IMG/VR virus record: IMGVR_UViG_3300025543_000016
Span: 1,785 to 65,784 of that record
Reading direction: 5' to 3' (one strand)
Length of the DNA: 64,000 nucleotides
Origin: a virus
Lineage: Duplodnaviria; Caudoviricetes
This document shows, in pieces, positions 11,745 through 20,948 of this stretch. The notes beneath the pieces were generated by a model. That model did not search any database. It saw only the letters and a list, made by a program, of their open reading frames with translations, and had not been told where the DNA came from. Each line of letters starts with the position of its first letter. The first letter of the stretch is position 1. Position numbers and translations under genes: made by a program.

Positions 11745-13961
11745 TTAGAAACCTGCTTTTCCTGTATAAAAAGGAATAGCATATTTTTTAATTTCTTTTC
11801 CTTTTTTAGCTTTAGATGCTCTTTGGGCCATTACAATTTGAGGATCTATACCGTACATATTACCATAAGCGTTTCCTGGTACTGTATCTTCTTCACCTGT
11901 TTCTAAATATTTAGCTCCTTTAACAGCATCTACTTTATCTCCAAACTGCTGATAAATAGTTTGCATGTTTTTTAATCTTTCATCTTTAATTGAAGATGAT
12001 CTAAGTTTGTTAGGTGTTATAGGTTTAACATTAGCTAAATCAATTGTACCTCCTGTTGTTGGATCAATATCAAATTTATATAATGAATTTAAATTATAAG
12101 CGTTAACAGCATTATCTAAAGCGTTTGCATACCAATCAGCATATTGTTCTCTATCAAAGTTTTTATCATTTTCATAATTTTGCAATGTAGCTTGAGTGTC
12201 ATCATATTGTTTAACTTTTCTTCTATCAGATTCAAAGTTATCTCTTTGTCTAAACTGAGCATTCATTGCTAAACCTTGATTTACAGTGTTTATATTTCTA
12301 CTATTAACCTGAGCAAAAGTGTTTGCGTTTTGTTTAAAAGCATTACCTTGAGCTTGTGCTAATCTAGCATTTAAAGATTGTGGTCCAGCAAACGCACCCA
12401 TTGCTTGAGCTGCAATATTATATTGTTCATTAGTATCGGCTAATGCTCTAGTAGGTTCTTCTAATACATAATCAGTTTTAGTTCTTTCAAGTTCAGGTTG
12501 CCATGGAAAATAAGGAGTTCTATCTCTCATTGCCATAGCAGCGCCTCTTGTTAAATCTTGCTGGTAAAAATTAAAATTAGGATCTTTAGGTTGATTAAAT
12601 TCAGGATCAGCTAAAGAATTTAATTTATCTTTTTGTTTTTCATTTTCTTGCTTTTTAATTTCAGGTTCTGTATAAGAAAAAGGTCTTCTACTAGAAGTAT
12701 ATGTTCCCATGAGTGAATCAAAGTCTGTACCTGTTCCTTTTTTAAAACCGTAATCATCAAGCAATTCTTTTTTTAATTCTTCTAGTTGCTTATCAGAAAT
12801 TTTTTCACCTTTAGAATTTACTTTTTCTTTAATTTTATTTACTTCTTCAGGTATATAATTAGAGTTTATCCAATTTTGAAATTTTTCTACTTCAGGATTT
12901 CTTTGATTTTTATTGTAATTAGGTAAAGATTCTATAAGATTATCTATATCAGGATATATATTTTGCCATGCATTTTTAAATCCTTCTAAATTATCTTTTG
13001 CATTGCCATATAAACCAGAGCCTTGAAATGTTTGTTTGTTACCGTAAGTTGTAGCACCAATACCAGAATCATTAATATTAATACCAAAAGATTTATAAGC
13101 TTTTCCTGTATTTGGATCATAAGCTATATTTTTGTCAGGTTTTTTTTCAATACCTACTTGAGCTTTAGATAGTTCCATACCATAAGAAGCTTCAGGCATT
13201 TGACCTGCTTGTTGCATCATGTTTTGCAACATCATCATTTGTTCTAATTTTTGAGGTGATGTTGAAGCTATTGCTTCCATAGATGCTTTTTGTTTATTAG
13301 CTTCTTCAACTTGTTGCGTAAATTTAATTGGATCTATACCTTTAGAAATTAAATAAGGATGTGAAGTTGCTGGAATACCGTCTGAAAATTGTTTTTTTAA
13401 TTCTTGAGCAAATGCTAATTTAGATAAACCTTTTTGATTTTTTTCTAGCATTAATTCAGCGCTTTTTAACTTTATAGGATCTACATCATCTTCATTCATT
13501 GCACCTATAAACTCATTAAGTTTATATTTTTTAGATATAGCAGCTGGCGTCATACTTTTTTTAGATTCAATACCAAACTCAGCTAATTCATTTTTTTTAA
13601 ATTTCATAGCTTTAGTATCAGAAAATACAAATGATTGTTCAGGTAAATACATAGGTACTCCACCACTTGTATGCCTTGGCCCTTTTATATTATAAAGTCC
13701 AAATTCACCATTATCACTTAACTTAGTTAAAACAGTTTCACCACCTTCAGCTTCTATGTTAGCTATTTCTCTTGGTACAGATGACAATGAATATCTCATA
13801 TCAGCAGCATCTGTATTATTTGATTTATAAGCTTGAGGATATGTAGTTAAAGCATAATTATTTTGATCACCTGTAGAGCCACCTTGTTGCATTTCTTTTA
13901 CAACTTTACCGTTTTGAATTTTAAATCCTTTAGGTAATTTATTTATTTTAATTTTTGCCAT
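11745..13961 (-). CDS. Putative virion cargo protein (738 aa)
   Basis: IEAEGGE...GPRHTSGGVP motif that I recognise from crAss-like internal virion proteins; Gln/Ala-rich helical C-terminal half; MQQGG and LSKAQVG motifs. Confidence 0.65.
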   Translation of the reverse strand: MAKIKINKLPKGFKIQNGKVVKEMQQGGSTGDQNNYALTTYPQAYKSNNTDAADMRYSLSSVPREIANIEAEGGETVLTKLSDNGEFGLYNIKGPRHTSGGVPMYLPEQSFVFSDTKAMKFKKNELAEFGIESKKSMTPAAISKKYKLNEFIGAMNEDDVDPIKLKSAELMLEKNQKGLSKLAFAQELKKQFSDGIPATSHPYLISKGIDPIKFTQQVEEANKQKASMEAIASTSPQKLEQMMMLQNMMQQAGQMPEASYGMELSKAQVGIEKKPDKNIAYDPNTGKAYKSFGININDSGIGATTYGNKQTFQGSGLYGNAKDNLEGFKNAWQNIYPDIDNLIESLPNYNKNQRNPEVEKFQNWINSNYIPEEVNKIKEKVNSKGEKISDKQLEELKKELLDDYGFKKGTGTDFDSLMGTYTSSRRPFSYTEPEIKKQENEKQKDKLNSLADPEFNQPKDPNFNFYQQDLTRGAAMAMRDRTPYFPWQPELERTKTDYVLEEPTRALADTNEQYNIAAQAMGAFAGPQSLNARLAQAQGNAFKQNANTFAQVNSRNINTVNQGLAMNAQFRQRDNFESDRRKVKQYDDTQATLQNYENDKNFDREQYADWYANALDNAVNAYNLNSLYKFDIDPTTGGTIDLANVKPITPNKLRSSSIKDERLKNMQTIYQQFGDKVDAVKGAKYLETGEEDTVPGNAYGNMYGIDPQIVMAQRASKAKKGKEIKKYAIPFYTGKAGF

Positions 13962-13963
13962 AG

Positions 13964-15400
13964 TTATAATATTTCTATATCCGCTCCAGCTGCTATTAAT
14001 GAAGCAAGTGTATCATTGTCTACTTCTATTTCACCACCTTTTTGCATTTCATCTTGATGTAAAAAACCTAATTTAGAAAATCTATTATGATCAGCTTCTA
14101 TATTAGCTTCATAACCTTTTCCTGATACGGGATCAAACATCATGTGTGGTTTAAATTCACCACCCGCTTTATACATTTCTTTACCGTACATTGCTTGAGC
14201 AAGAAAATTAACTAAATTATCTGGTTCAGCAAAACCTGAATTTTTATCAAATGTACCTCTTTTATTTACAGGGTTTTCAATAGCACCATAAACTTTATCT
14301 GCCATTGTAGAATTTCTTAATTTGTTAGTATAATCATTATACTCTTTTTCTTTAAATAATTCATTTACAAAATTAGCACCCATTACAGCTCCTTCCGATA
14401 CTTTACCAAAAGCTTGCATAGTAGGATTATATTTTATAAAATCTTCAGCTTGATCAAATGCATTACTTAAATTTCTTTTTCTTGTAATTTGAGGTTGAAA
14501 TCTAGATTGCATGTTTTGATCAGCAAACATATTTTGTTGTCTTTGCTGTTCTTGATCTAAAGGTGTTGCACCTAAATCAGGTTGTTTTTGTTGTAATTGA
14601 GAATCTTTAACGGCTTGTGTATCAGCAGCATAATTTGTTTGATTTTGATTTTTTAAATAATTACCCATATTAGGTAAAGAATATTGACTTACAAAATCTG
14701 AAATATTAGAATAATCAGGTATACCTATTTGAGCTTTAGGTAAATCACCTCCATATTTAAAATCATTTTCTTTAAAAGATAACTCGTAGCTTCTATTATT
14801 TAATTGTTTTTGTTTGTATCTTTTATTTTTAGCATCCCAATCTCTAAAGGATCCGTCCATTAAACCATCTTTATTTCTATCTTCTTTAGAACCCATTTCT
14901 CCAACAAAATCACTTAGCATCATTGCTGCACCAATTAGATTACCTCTAGCAGGTACTGGTGGCATATATAAAGGCCTTGCTGTTTGATTTGGTATTTGAT
15001 CCAAAAAACCTCTTGATGTAGTATTACCACCATATTGCATCATATTAGCTTCTTCTTGAGCCATATAAGCAGATTCTTCAGGACTCATGTTTTCTTGATA
15101 ATTTTGCTCTTGAGGTTTCTGCATTTGAGCTTCTTGTTGTTGATTTAATGCTATTTCAATTTTTTGAAATAAATCAACAACGGCGTCTGGGCTATATCCT
15201 AAATAAGATAAAGCAGAACTTATTGTTTCTTTTTGAACGCCTTGCTGGCTAAGTCCAACAATTACTTCTTCTAATGAAACACCGCTTTCCATAAGCTTAC
15301 CCATTTCTTCAAGGATTGGTTCAATAGAAGGATCTATACCTCTACTTGAAGATGATGCTTGTTCATTTACACTTATATTGTTTATGTTTTCTTGCTCCAT
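13964..15400 (-). CDS. Putative virion cargo protein (478 aa), Gln/Met-rich, with repeated xxxGG motifs
   Basis: ORF track; MQYGG, FKYGGDLPKAQIG, YKAGG and MQKGG motifs; located in the cargo cluster. Confidence 0.55.
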   Translation of the reverse strand: MEQENINNISVNEQASSSSRGIDPSIEPILEEMGKLMESGVSLEEVIVGLSQQGVQKETISSALSYLGYSPDAVVDLFQKIEIALNQQQEAQMQKPQEQNYQENMSPEESAYMAQEEANMMQYGGNTTSRGFLDQIPNQTARPLYMPPVPARGNLIGAAMMLSDFVGEMGSKEDRNKDGLMDGSFRDWDAKNKRYKQKQLNNRSYELSFKENDFKYGGDLPKAQIGIPDYSNISDFVSQYSLPNMGNYLKNQNQTNYAADTQAVKDSQLQQKQPDLGATPLDQEQQRQQNMFADQNMQSRFQPQITRKRNLSNAFDQAEDFIKYNPTMQAFGKVSEGAVMGANFVNELFKEKEYNDYTNKLRNSTMADKVYGAIENPVNKRGTFDKNSGFAEPDNLVNFLAQAMYGKEMYKAGGEFKPHMMFDPVSGKGYEANIEADHNRFSKLGFLHQDEMQKGGEIEVDNDTLASLIAAGADIEIL

Positions 15401-15452
15401 GATATATTATTAATATACAAATAAATTAACAGATTTACTAATTTTTTAAAGT

Positions 15453-18400
15453 TTAAGCTTGGTTTATAATGTTACTCATAATATAATTAGGAGGTGTTGT
15501 TCCTGAAATTTTTGCTTGTTTATAATAAATTCTATTTAATTTATCATATACTTTTTTTGCATTAAGTTCCATATCACTACCATCATAAACACCATCAATA
15601 TAATTATTATAAATAAATAAATTATTTTCTAATTCACCTCCATTTTTAAAATTTTGTTCTTGATTTGTAAAAGATTTTTTTCTTTTATCTTTTAAAACTT
15701 TTAAAATTCTTTCATATTGTTCTTTAGTAATATCCGGCTTAGAAAAAACTTTTTTATCATTAGGATTTTTTTTCATATACTCATCTCTAACCATTTGATG
15801 AGTTATAATACTTTCTAAATCTAAATTATGTTTTAAAGCAATACCATCATAATATTCTATAAAAGAATCTATTTGTTTGTTTGTTAAAGGTTTTCTATTT
15901 GTATTACCTTGAAACTCTACACCAACACTAAAATCATTTACATTATCATTTTCTCCCCAAGCACTTTTACCTGCATGAAAAGTAACTTGTTCTGGAGAAG
16001 CATAAACTGTTCTTTTACCATCCTCTTCAATAACTACATGAGCTGAAGCATTGTTAGGTTGCATAAATTGATTTCTAACTTGTTTTTCATTTAAAGCCTC
16101 GTTTTCATAAGCAGTATGGTGTAATACAATATTTTTTATTTTATTTTTTAGAGCATGTCCTTTTTTATAACTTTCATCTTTTTCTGTACGTACATTAGGC
16201 ATTCCTTCTACGTACTCTTCTTCAAAATTATAAACTGGTTCATTGTAACCTTGAATGTATAATCCATTGCCTCCACCACCAGCATTTTCTTTATCATAAG
16301 ATTTTAATCTCTCTTTTGTTAATTTTTTATCTTTATAAGAAAGACCTCTAGAATATGTTCCATTATCTAAACTGTAAACAGTTAAATATTCTGTATTTCC
16401 TTTTATTTTATTAAATTCATTTTTTATGTGTTTAAAGCTTCCAGATAAAAGATGTGTTTGTCCTGTTTCAGGGTTTTGTACTAATAATCTACCTCCTTGA
16501 ACATTTCCATAAAAATCTTCATTATTACCTCTTATTAAAAAGTTTAAAGAACCGTTTACAATTTCTCCATTATCTTTTTTAATTGTAGCTACCGGTTGAT
16601 TGTATCCTTTATTTTTTACAGACGGTTTATATTTACTTTTACCGTTAATTTCTGGAAAATCAACTACATTGTTTCTTACTGTATTACTAAATTTCCATCC
16701 TTTTTTATTTCTAAAATCAACAGCTTGACCAGCATGAATATTCCCTTCAGGGTCTAAAGCTATAACTGTTGTTTTATCTGGAAATTGTTTTTCCACAAAA
16801 GGATTAAAAGTTGTTATTTCTAAACCGTCTGTTTCTATTTCATTAAAATCTCCTCTATTTCTAATACCAAATTTAATAGTATTAGTAGGAAGTCTTTGTT
16901 GTTTATATACTCTTCCATCTGTTTTAGGAGCGTCTAAAACAGCTGTTACAGTTCCTCTATTAGGATTGTTATAATATTCTTTTATATTTTTAGGAATAAG
17001 ATTTTCTTTGACTTCTACTTTTACATCATCAGTATTACCTGTTTTAATAGACCATTTTCTTTTAATACCATTAGATATTACATCTAAAATATCTCCAGCA
17101 TTGTCATTATCAGAAAAAACATTAGTAATATCATCCCATAAACTATCTTCCGGTTTTTGTTTTTTAATTCTTTCAGCTTCTTTTTGATTTTCTATTTTTA
17201 AATCAGCATCTTTATAAATCTTTTTTAAATCAATATTTTCTATTGGTTTTAAATTAGAACTTAATTGTATATTGTTAATAGCATTATTAGCATTTTCTGG
17301 AATAATTTTTTGTTCTAAATTTTTCTTTAAATCAATATTTTTATTATTATCAAAATAACCATCATACCAATTACTTTGTTTTTCTTCTATTGGTTTTACA
17401 TTTTCAACAGGATTATATCTAATATCAAAAGAATTTTTATAGTTATAACTTCCTTTTTTAATATCTTCAAAAACTTGCTTTTCATAATCAGAATATCCTT
17501 TTAAAGCGTATTTATTATTTAAATGATTATAAATATTTGTTTTTGCTTTATCATTATCGCTAATATCTGCCCAATTATCATTACCCTTTTTAGAATAATA
17601 AAATTTATCTCCTTGAATTAAATAATTAAAATTAGGACTATAATCATTTACAACAATATTTTTATGATGTTCTGTAGGTATTTCTTTTAATTTTAAAGGC
17701 TTATCATATTTAAAAGGAATTTTTAATTTTTCTCCAGCATAAATTAAATCAGGATTTTTAATGTTATTAGTTTTTACTAATTGATCTACACTAATACCTG
17801 TTCTTTGACTTATTTTACTTAAACTATCTCCTTTTTGTATTAAATAATTTTCATCTTTTTTTAATTCACCTCCTTGTTGATAATATTCTCTAGCTTTTTT
17901 TAAATATTCTTCTGGGGTTTTATTAGTTTGATTTGCATTTTTACCATATAAATTAGGAAAAACTTTTTCTAAAGGTTTACCATCTCTTACATGTTCTCCT
18001 AAATAATTTCTTGTTCCTTGTCTTCCTAAAAAATTAGAAAGAACAGCAATATCTTCTTTTGAATATTCAAAATTTTTAAATTGAGGAGAATAATCTTTAT
18101 ACAAATCATTTGCATCTTTTTGTAAAGAAGTAGTTTTACTAGATTTTAATCCATTATAAAATCTATCTTTAAAAAATTGTTTTTGTGCAATAGTATCTTT
18201 AGCAAATTCTTTTCTGGTTCCTTTATAATCATTTTTTATTTCACTGAATCTTTGTCCAAATAATCCTGTAGCTGTAGATTCTGGGTTCCACATTAATTTA
18301 CCATTTAAGCTTTCTACATTTCTAATTGCGTTAGATACTCCATCAAAGTCTACAGATTTATATGGGTTGTTTCCAATAGTACCAAAAGAATAATGTTGCT

Positions 18401-20948
18401 CTTGTTCTTTTGTCATAGGAAAAATATATTCTACAGTAGTTTCATTTTGTGCTTTAGGAATATTTCCTCCAAATTGTTTTTGATTTTGTGATTGAGCTGC
18501 CGCACCTGCACCCAATATTGTTGGAACAACTGCTTTATAAATATTAGGATTAGTCATATCAAACATTCCGTTATTACCCCATTTAGATTTTAAATAATTA
18601 CCTGGTTTTTGATGATTTATCAAAACATCTCCAATACCATTATCATTTATGTTTTTAAGTTTAACATAATCAATATTATTATCTTCTATATATTTAGCAA
18701 CATCTACAGTTTTCACTCCTTGTCCAATATCTTTTTTAAGATCTTTTTTCATCTTCATTAATATTGGATTTTTCATATTATCTAACTGTACTTCTAACTC
18801 CTTTTCAAGATTATTTAGTTTACTCAAAGCCCTTTTAGAAAACTCACTATTATCGCCCCTAAGCTTATTTCTTGATACTTTTTTCCTAAAGTAATCTACT
18901 TGGTTTTGTAAGTTTTCTAGAGTTATCTCGTCTGCATTATCTACAAACCCTAAAGACTCCCATGCCTCTCCTTGTCCAGTAGTTTCAGCAGAGTTTTTAG
19001 ATATTTTACCAATAAGTTCATGAATACCTTCTACTTCATCAGTTTGACTAAGAGCTGGGCTATTATCAATACTGTTTACAGTAAATGGTTTTTTAGTTTT
19101 GGCATATTTATAGTAGTCATCTGCATAATTTTCAGCTAACTCTTTATTTGCTGTAAATACAGCTCTAAAATCTGTATTAGGGTCTATTAAATATCTATTC
19201 TGCGAATGTGCTCCTCGGTATGTATCATAGTAACCATTAGGAAAAGCTTTTTTAAAATTAACACTCTGTTGCTGTATAAAAAACTCAGGTGGTCCTTTAT
19301 AGTCAGATCCATCAGGATTTTTCATCCAAGTACCATTTGCTTTAGCTTGTTGTTCAATAGCATTATACTCTTGCAGTAAAGATTTATTTTCTGGTATTTC
19401 TTTATTCCACTTACCCCAATTTAGTTCTGATTTAAATTTAGGTACTTTAGGTATATTAATTAAATTAGGATTAAGTTTGTTTTTGCCTTTTAAATTTTTG
19501 GTTAACTTTTTTGCACTATCTCCTAGCATACCAATTGGAGCTACACCAGCAGCACCCTCTAAAACTTGCATCCCATCTCTATTGTAAGCACCTTGAGCAA
19601 CATTTTTAGCATCGTTAACATACTGAACAGGATTAATTATATCTACAGCATAATCTAAAGCATTTCTAGGTCCTCTTGAAAAATTATCAGGTAAGTTTTT
19701 ATTTCTTGCCATATAACCCATAGCAGTCATAGGGTTTAATGCTACTTCTAAAGTTTTATCTAACCGACCTTGTTTAGGGTCTGAGGCTCTTATAGAACCT
19801 TTTGGCTTAGATTGCATATTCATTAATTGAATATAATCTAATACAGCTTTTTCATCTTCTTTAGAAACTGTTTCTTCAGGGCATGGTGGTTGTCCAGGCC
19901 CTCCACAATTAGTACTAACAGTACCTCCTAATTCTTTTTTATTTGTTTTTTCAAAATTTCTAAGTGTGCTAATTAGTACAGGAATATCTTGTTTATCAAC
20001 ATTACCTCTAGCAAATTCTCTTAGTAAAGGTTCTACTATTCTGTGTGTATCAAATTCTAATTGTCCTGGTGTATCATAGTTTTCTTGTTGCCCTTCTTTG
20101 GACATAAAAGGTTTTTCTTTATAAGATTTTAAAAAGTCAGTGACAGTACTACTACCTTCAAAATTTTCTTTATAGGCATGTGCCATTTCAGGCAATACAC
20201 TTCCTAAAGACCTTATATTTATATTATTGGTAAGAGGATTGTAATAACCTGTTGGACCATCTGCGTTTACATAAACTTTAGGATTACCACTCATACCACT
20301 AAGTTGTAGCAGTCTTCTGAAAGAAATTTCTTTTATGCTATCAAGTTTATTTTTTTCATAAGGTTTTCCCTCAGAAGATATCTTATGATCATTGTGATAG
20401 CCAGCTAATTTTTTTGAGTACTCTTTTAAGTGTGATAATGTTTTTTTATCTAACTTATTTATATTTTCATATCCCTCAAGATTTTTAATATAATCCCAAA
20501 CAGCTTTCTCATCTTCTTTAGATACAGTTTGTCCACCAACTTGTGCTTTAGGTAATGCGCTACCACCACACTTATGGCATGTAGATACATCATTACCACC
20601 ATCTGCTGCTTTCCAAGACCAACCACAGCTATTACACTTCATTGTTTTAGTTAAAAGACCTCCTCCATATTTAGCCATTGGCACTTCAAACACTTGATCA
20701 CCGGGAAACTGATAATTATTACCTGGTGTCATTATTTGACTATTACCTAAATTATCTGTCCCCATAACAGGAAAATCTACATCTTCCATTGTAATATTTC
20801 CAGATGGTATAATATTATATGGATTGTTTACATCAGGGCTATTTCTTTTATATCCATCAATACTAAACATACCAGATACATGTGTAATATATTCATTTGG
20901 CCCACCCGGTAAACCTAAACTTTGTTTATAACTAAATTTTTTTTTCAT
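15453..20948 (-). CDS. Polyvalent multi-domain protein (1831 aa): Zn ribbon, zincin-like, ADP-ribosyltransferase-like, lysozyme/SLT-like, LysM, N-acetylmuramoyl-L-alanine amidase
   Basis: CNSC..CHKC; PEMAHAY..EFDTH; QQQSVNFKKAF..YRG..LKSKWGNNGMFDMTNPNIY (ART-PolyVal-like); VESLNG..NPESTATGLFG; YLIQKGDSLSKIS..NNIKNPDLIYAGEKLKIP (LysM); IVLHHTA..SAHVVI..FHAG..SVGVEFQG..ITH (Amidase_2). Confidence 0.8.
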   Translation of the reverse strand: MKKKFSYKQSLGLPGGPNEYITHVSGMFSIDGYKRNSPDVNNPYNIIPSGNITMEDVDFPVMGTDNLGNSQIMTPGNNYQFPGDQVFEVPMAKYGGGLLTKTMKCNSCGWSWKAADGGNDVSTCHKCGGSALPKAQVGGQTVSKEDEKAVWDYIKNLEGYENINKLDKKTLSHLKEYSKKLAGYHNDHKISSEGKPYEKNKLDSIKEISFRRLLQLSGMSGNPKVYVNADGPTGYYNPLTNNINIRSLGSVLPEMAHAYKENFEGSSTVTDFLKSYKEKPFMSKEGQQENYDTPGQLEFDTHRIVEPLLREFARGNVDKQDIPVLISTLRNFEKTNKKELGGTVSTNCGGPGQPPCPEETVSKEDEKAVLDYIQLMNMQSKPKGSIRASDPKQGRLDKTLEVALNPMTAMGYMARNKNLPDNFSRGPRNALDYAVDIINPVQYVNDAKNVAQGAYNRDGMQVLEGAAGVAPIGMLGDSAKKLTKNLKGKNKLNPNLINIPKVPKFKSELNWGKWNKEIPENKSLLQEYNAIEQQAKANGTWMKNPDGSDYKGPPEFFIQQQSVNFKKAFPNGYYDTYRGAHSQNRYLIDPNTDFRAVFTANKELAENYADDYYKYAKTKKPFTVNSIDNSPALSQTDEVEGIHELIGKISKNSAETTGQGEAWESLGFVDNADEITLENLQNQVDYFRKKVSRNKLRGDNSEFSKRALSKLNNLEKELEVQLDNMKNPILMKMKKDLKKDIGQGVKTVDVAKYIEDNNIDYVKLKNINDNGIGDVLINHQKPGNYLKSKWGNNGMFDMTNPNIYKAVVPTILGAGAAAQSQNQKQFGGNIPKAQNETTVEYIFPMTKEQEQHYSFGTIGNNPYKSVDFDGVSNAIRNVESLNGKLMWNPESTATGLFGQRFSEIKNDYKGTRKEFAKDTIAQKQFFKDRFYNGLKSSKTTSLQKDANDLYKDYSPQFKNFEYSKEDIAVLSNFLGRQGTRNYLGEHVRDGKPLEKVFPNLYGKNANQTNKTPEEYLKKAREYYQQGGELKKDENYLIQKGDSLSKISQRTGISVDQLVKTNNIKNPDLIYAGEKLKIPFKYDKPLKLKEIPTEHHKNIVVNDYSPNFNYLIQGDKFYYSKKGNDNWADISDNDKAKTNIYNHLNNKYALKGYSDYEKQVFEDIKKGSYNYKNSFDIRYNPVENVKPIEEKQSNWYDGYFDNNKNIDLKKNLEQKIIPENANNAINNIQLSSNLKPIENIDLKKIYKDADLKIENQKEAERIKKQKPEDSLWDDITNVFSDNDNAGDILDVISNGIKRKWSIKTGNTDDVKVEVKENLIPKNIKEYYNNPNRGTVTAVLDAPKTDGRVYKQQRLPTNTIKFGIRNRGDFNEIETDGLEITTFNPFVEKQFPDKTTVIALDPEGNIHAGQAVDFRNKKGWKFSNTVRNNVVDFPEINGKSKYKPSVKNKGYNQPVATIKKDNGEIVNGSLNFLIRGNNEDFYGNVQGGRLLVQNPETGQTHLLSGSFKHIKNEFNKIKGNTEYLTVYSLDNGTYSRGLSYKDKKLTKERLKSYDKENAGGGGNGLYIQGYNEPVYNFEEEYVEGMPNVRTEKDESYKKGHALKNKIKNIVLHHTAYENEALNEKQVRNQFMQPNNASAHVVIEEDGKRTVYASPEQVTFHAGKSAWGENDNVNDFSVGVEFQGNTNRKPLTNKQIDSFIEYYDGIALKHNLDLESIITHQMVRDEYMKKNPNDKKVFSKPDITKEQYERILKVLKDKRKKSFTNQEQNFKNGGELENNLFIYNNYIDGVYDGSDMELNAKKVYDKLNRIYYKQAKISGTTPPNYIMSNIINQA
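19830..20528 (-). repeat. Duplicated 42-nt / 14-aa segment TVSKEDEKAV(W/L)DYI
   Basis: Copies at 20487-20528 and 19830-19871 within the 1831-aa ORF. Confidence 0.9.
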
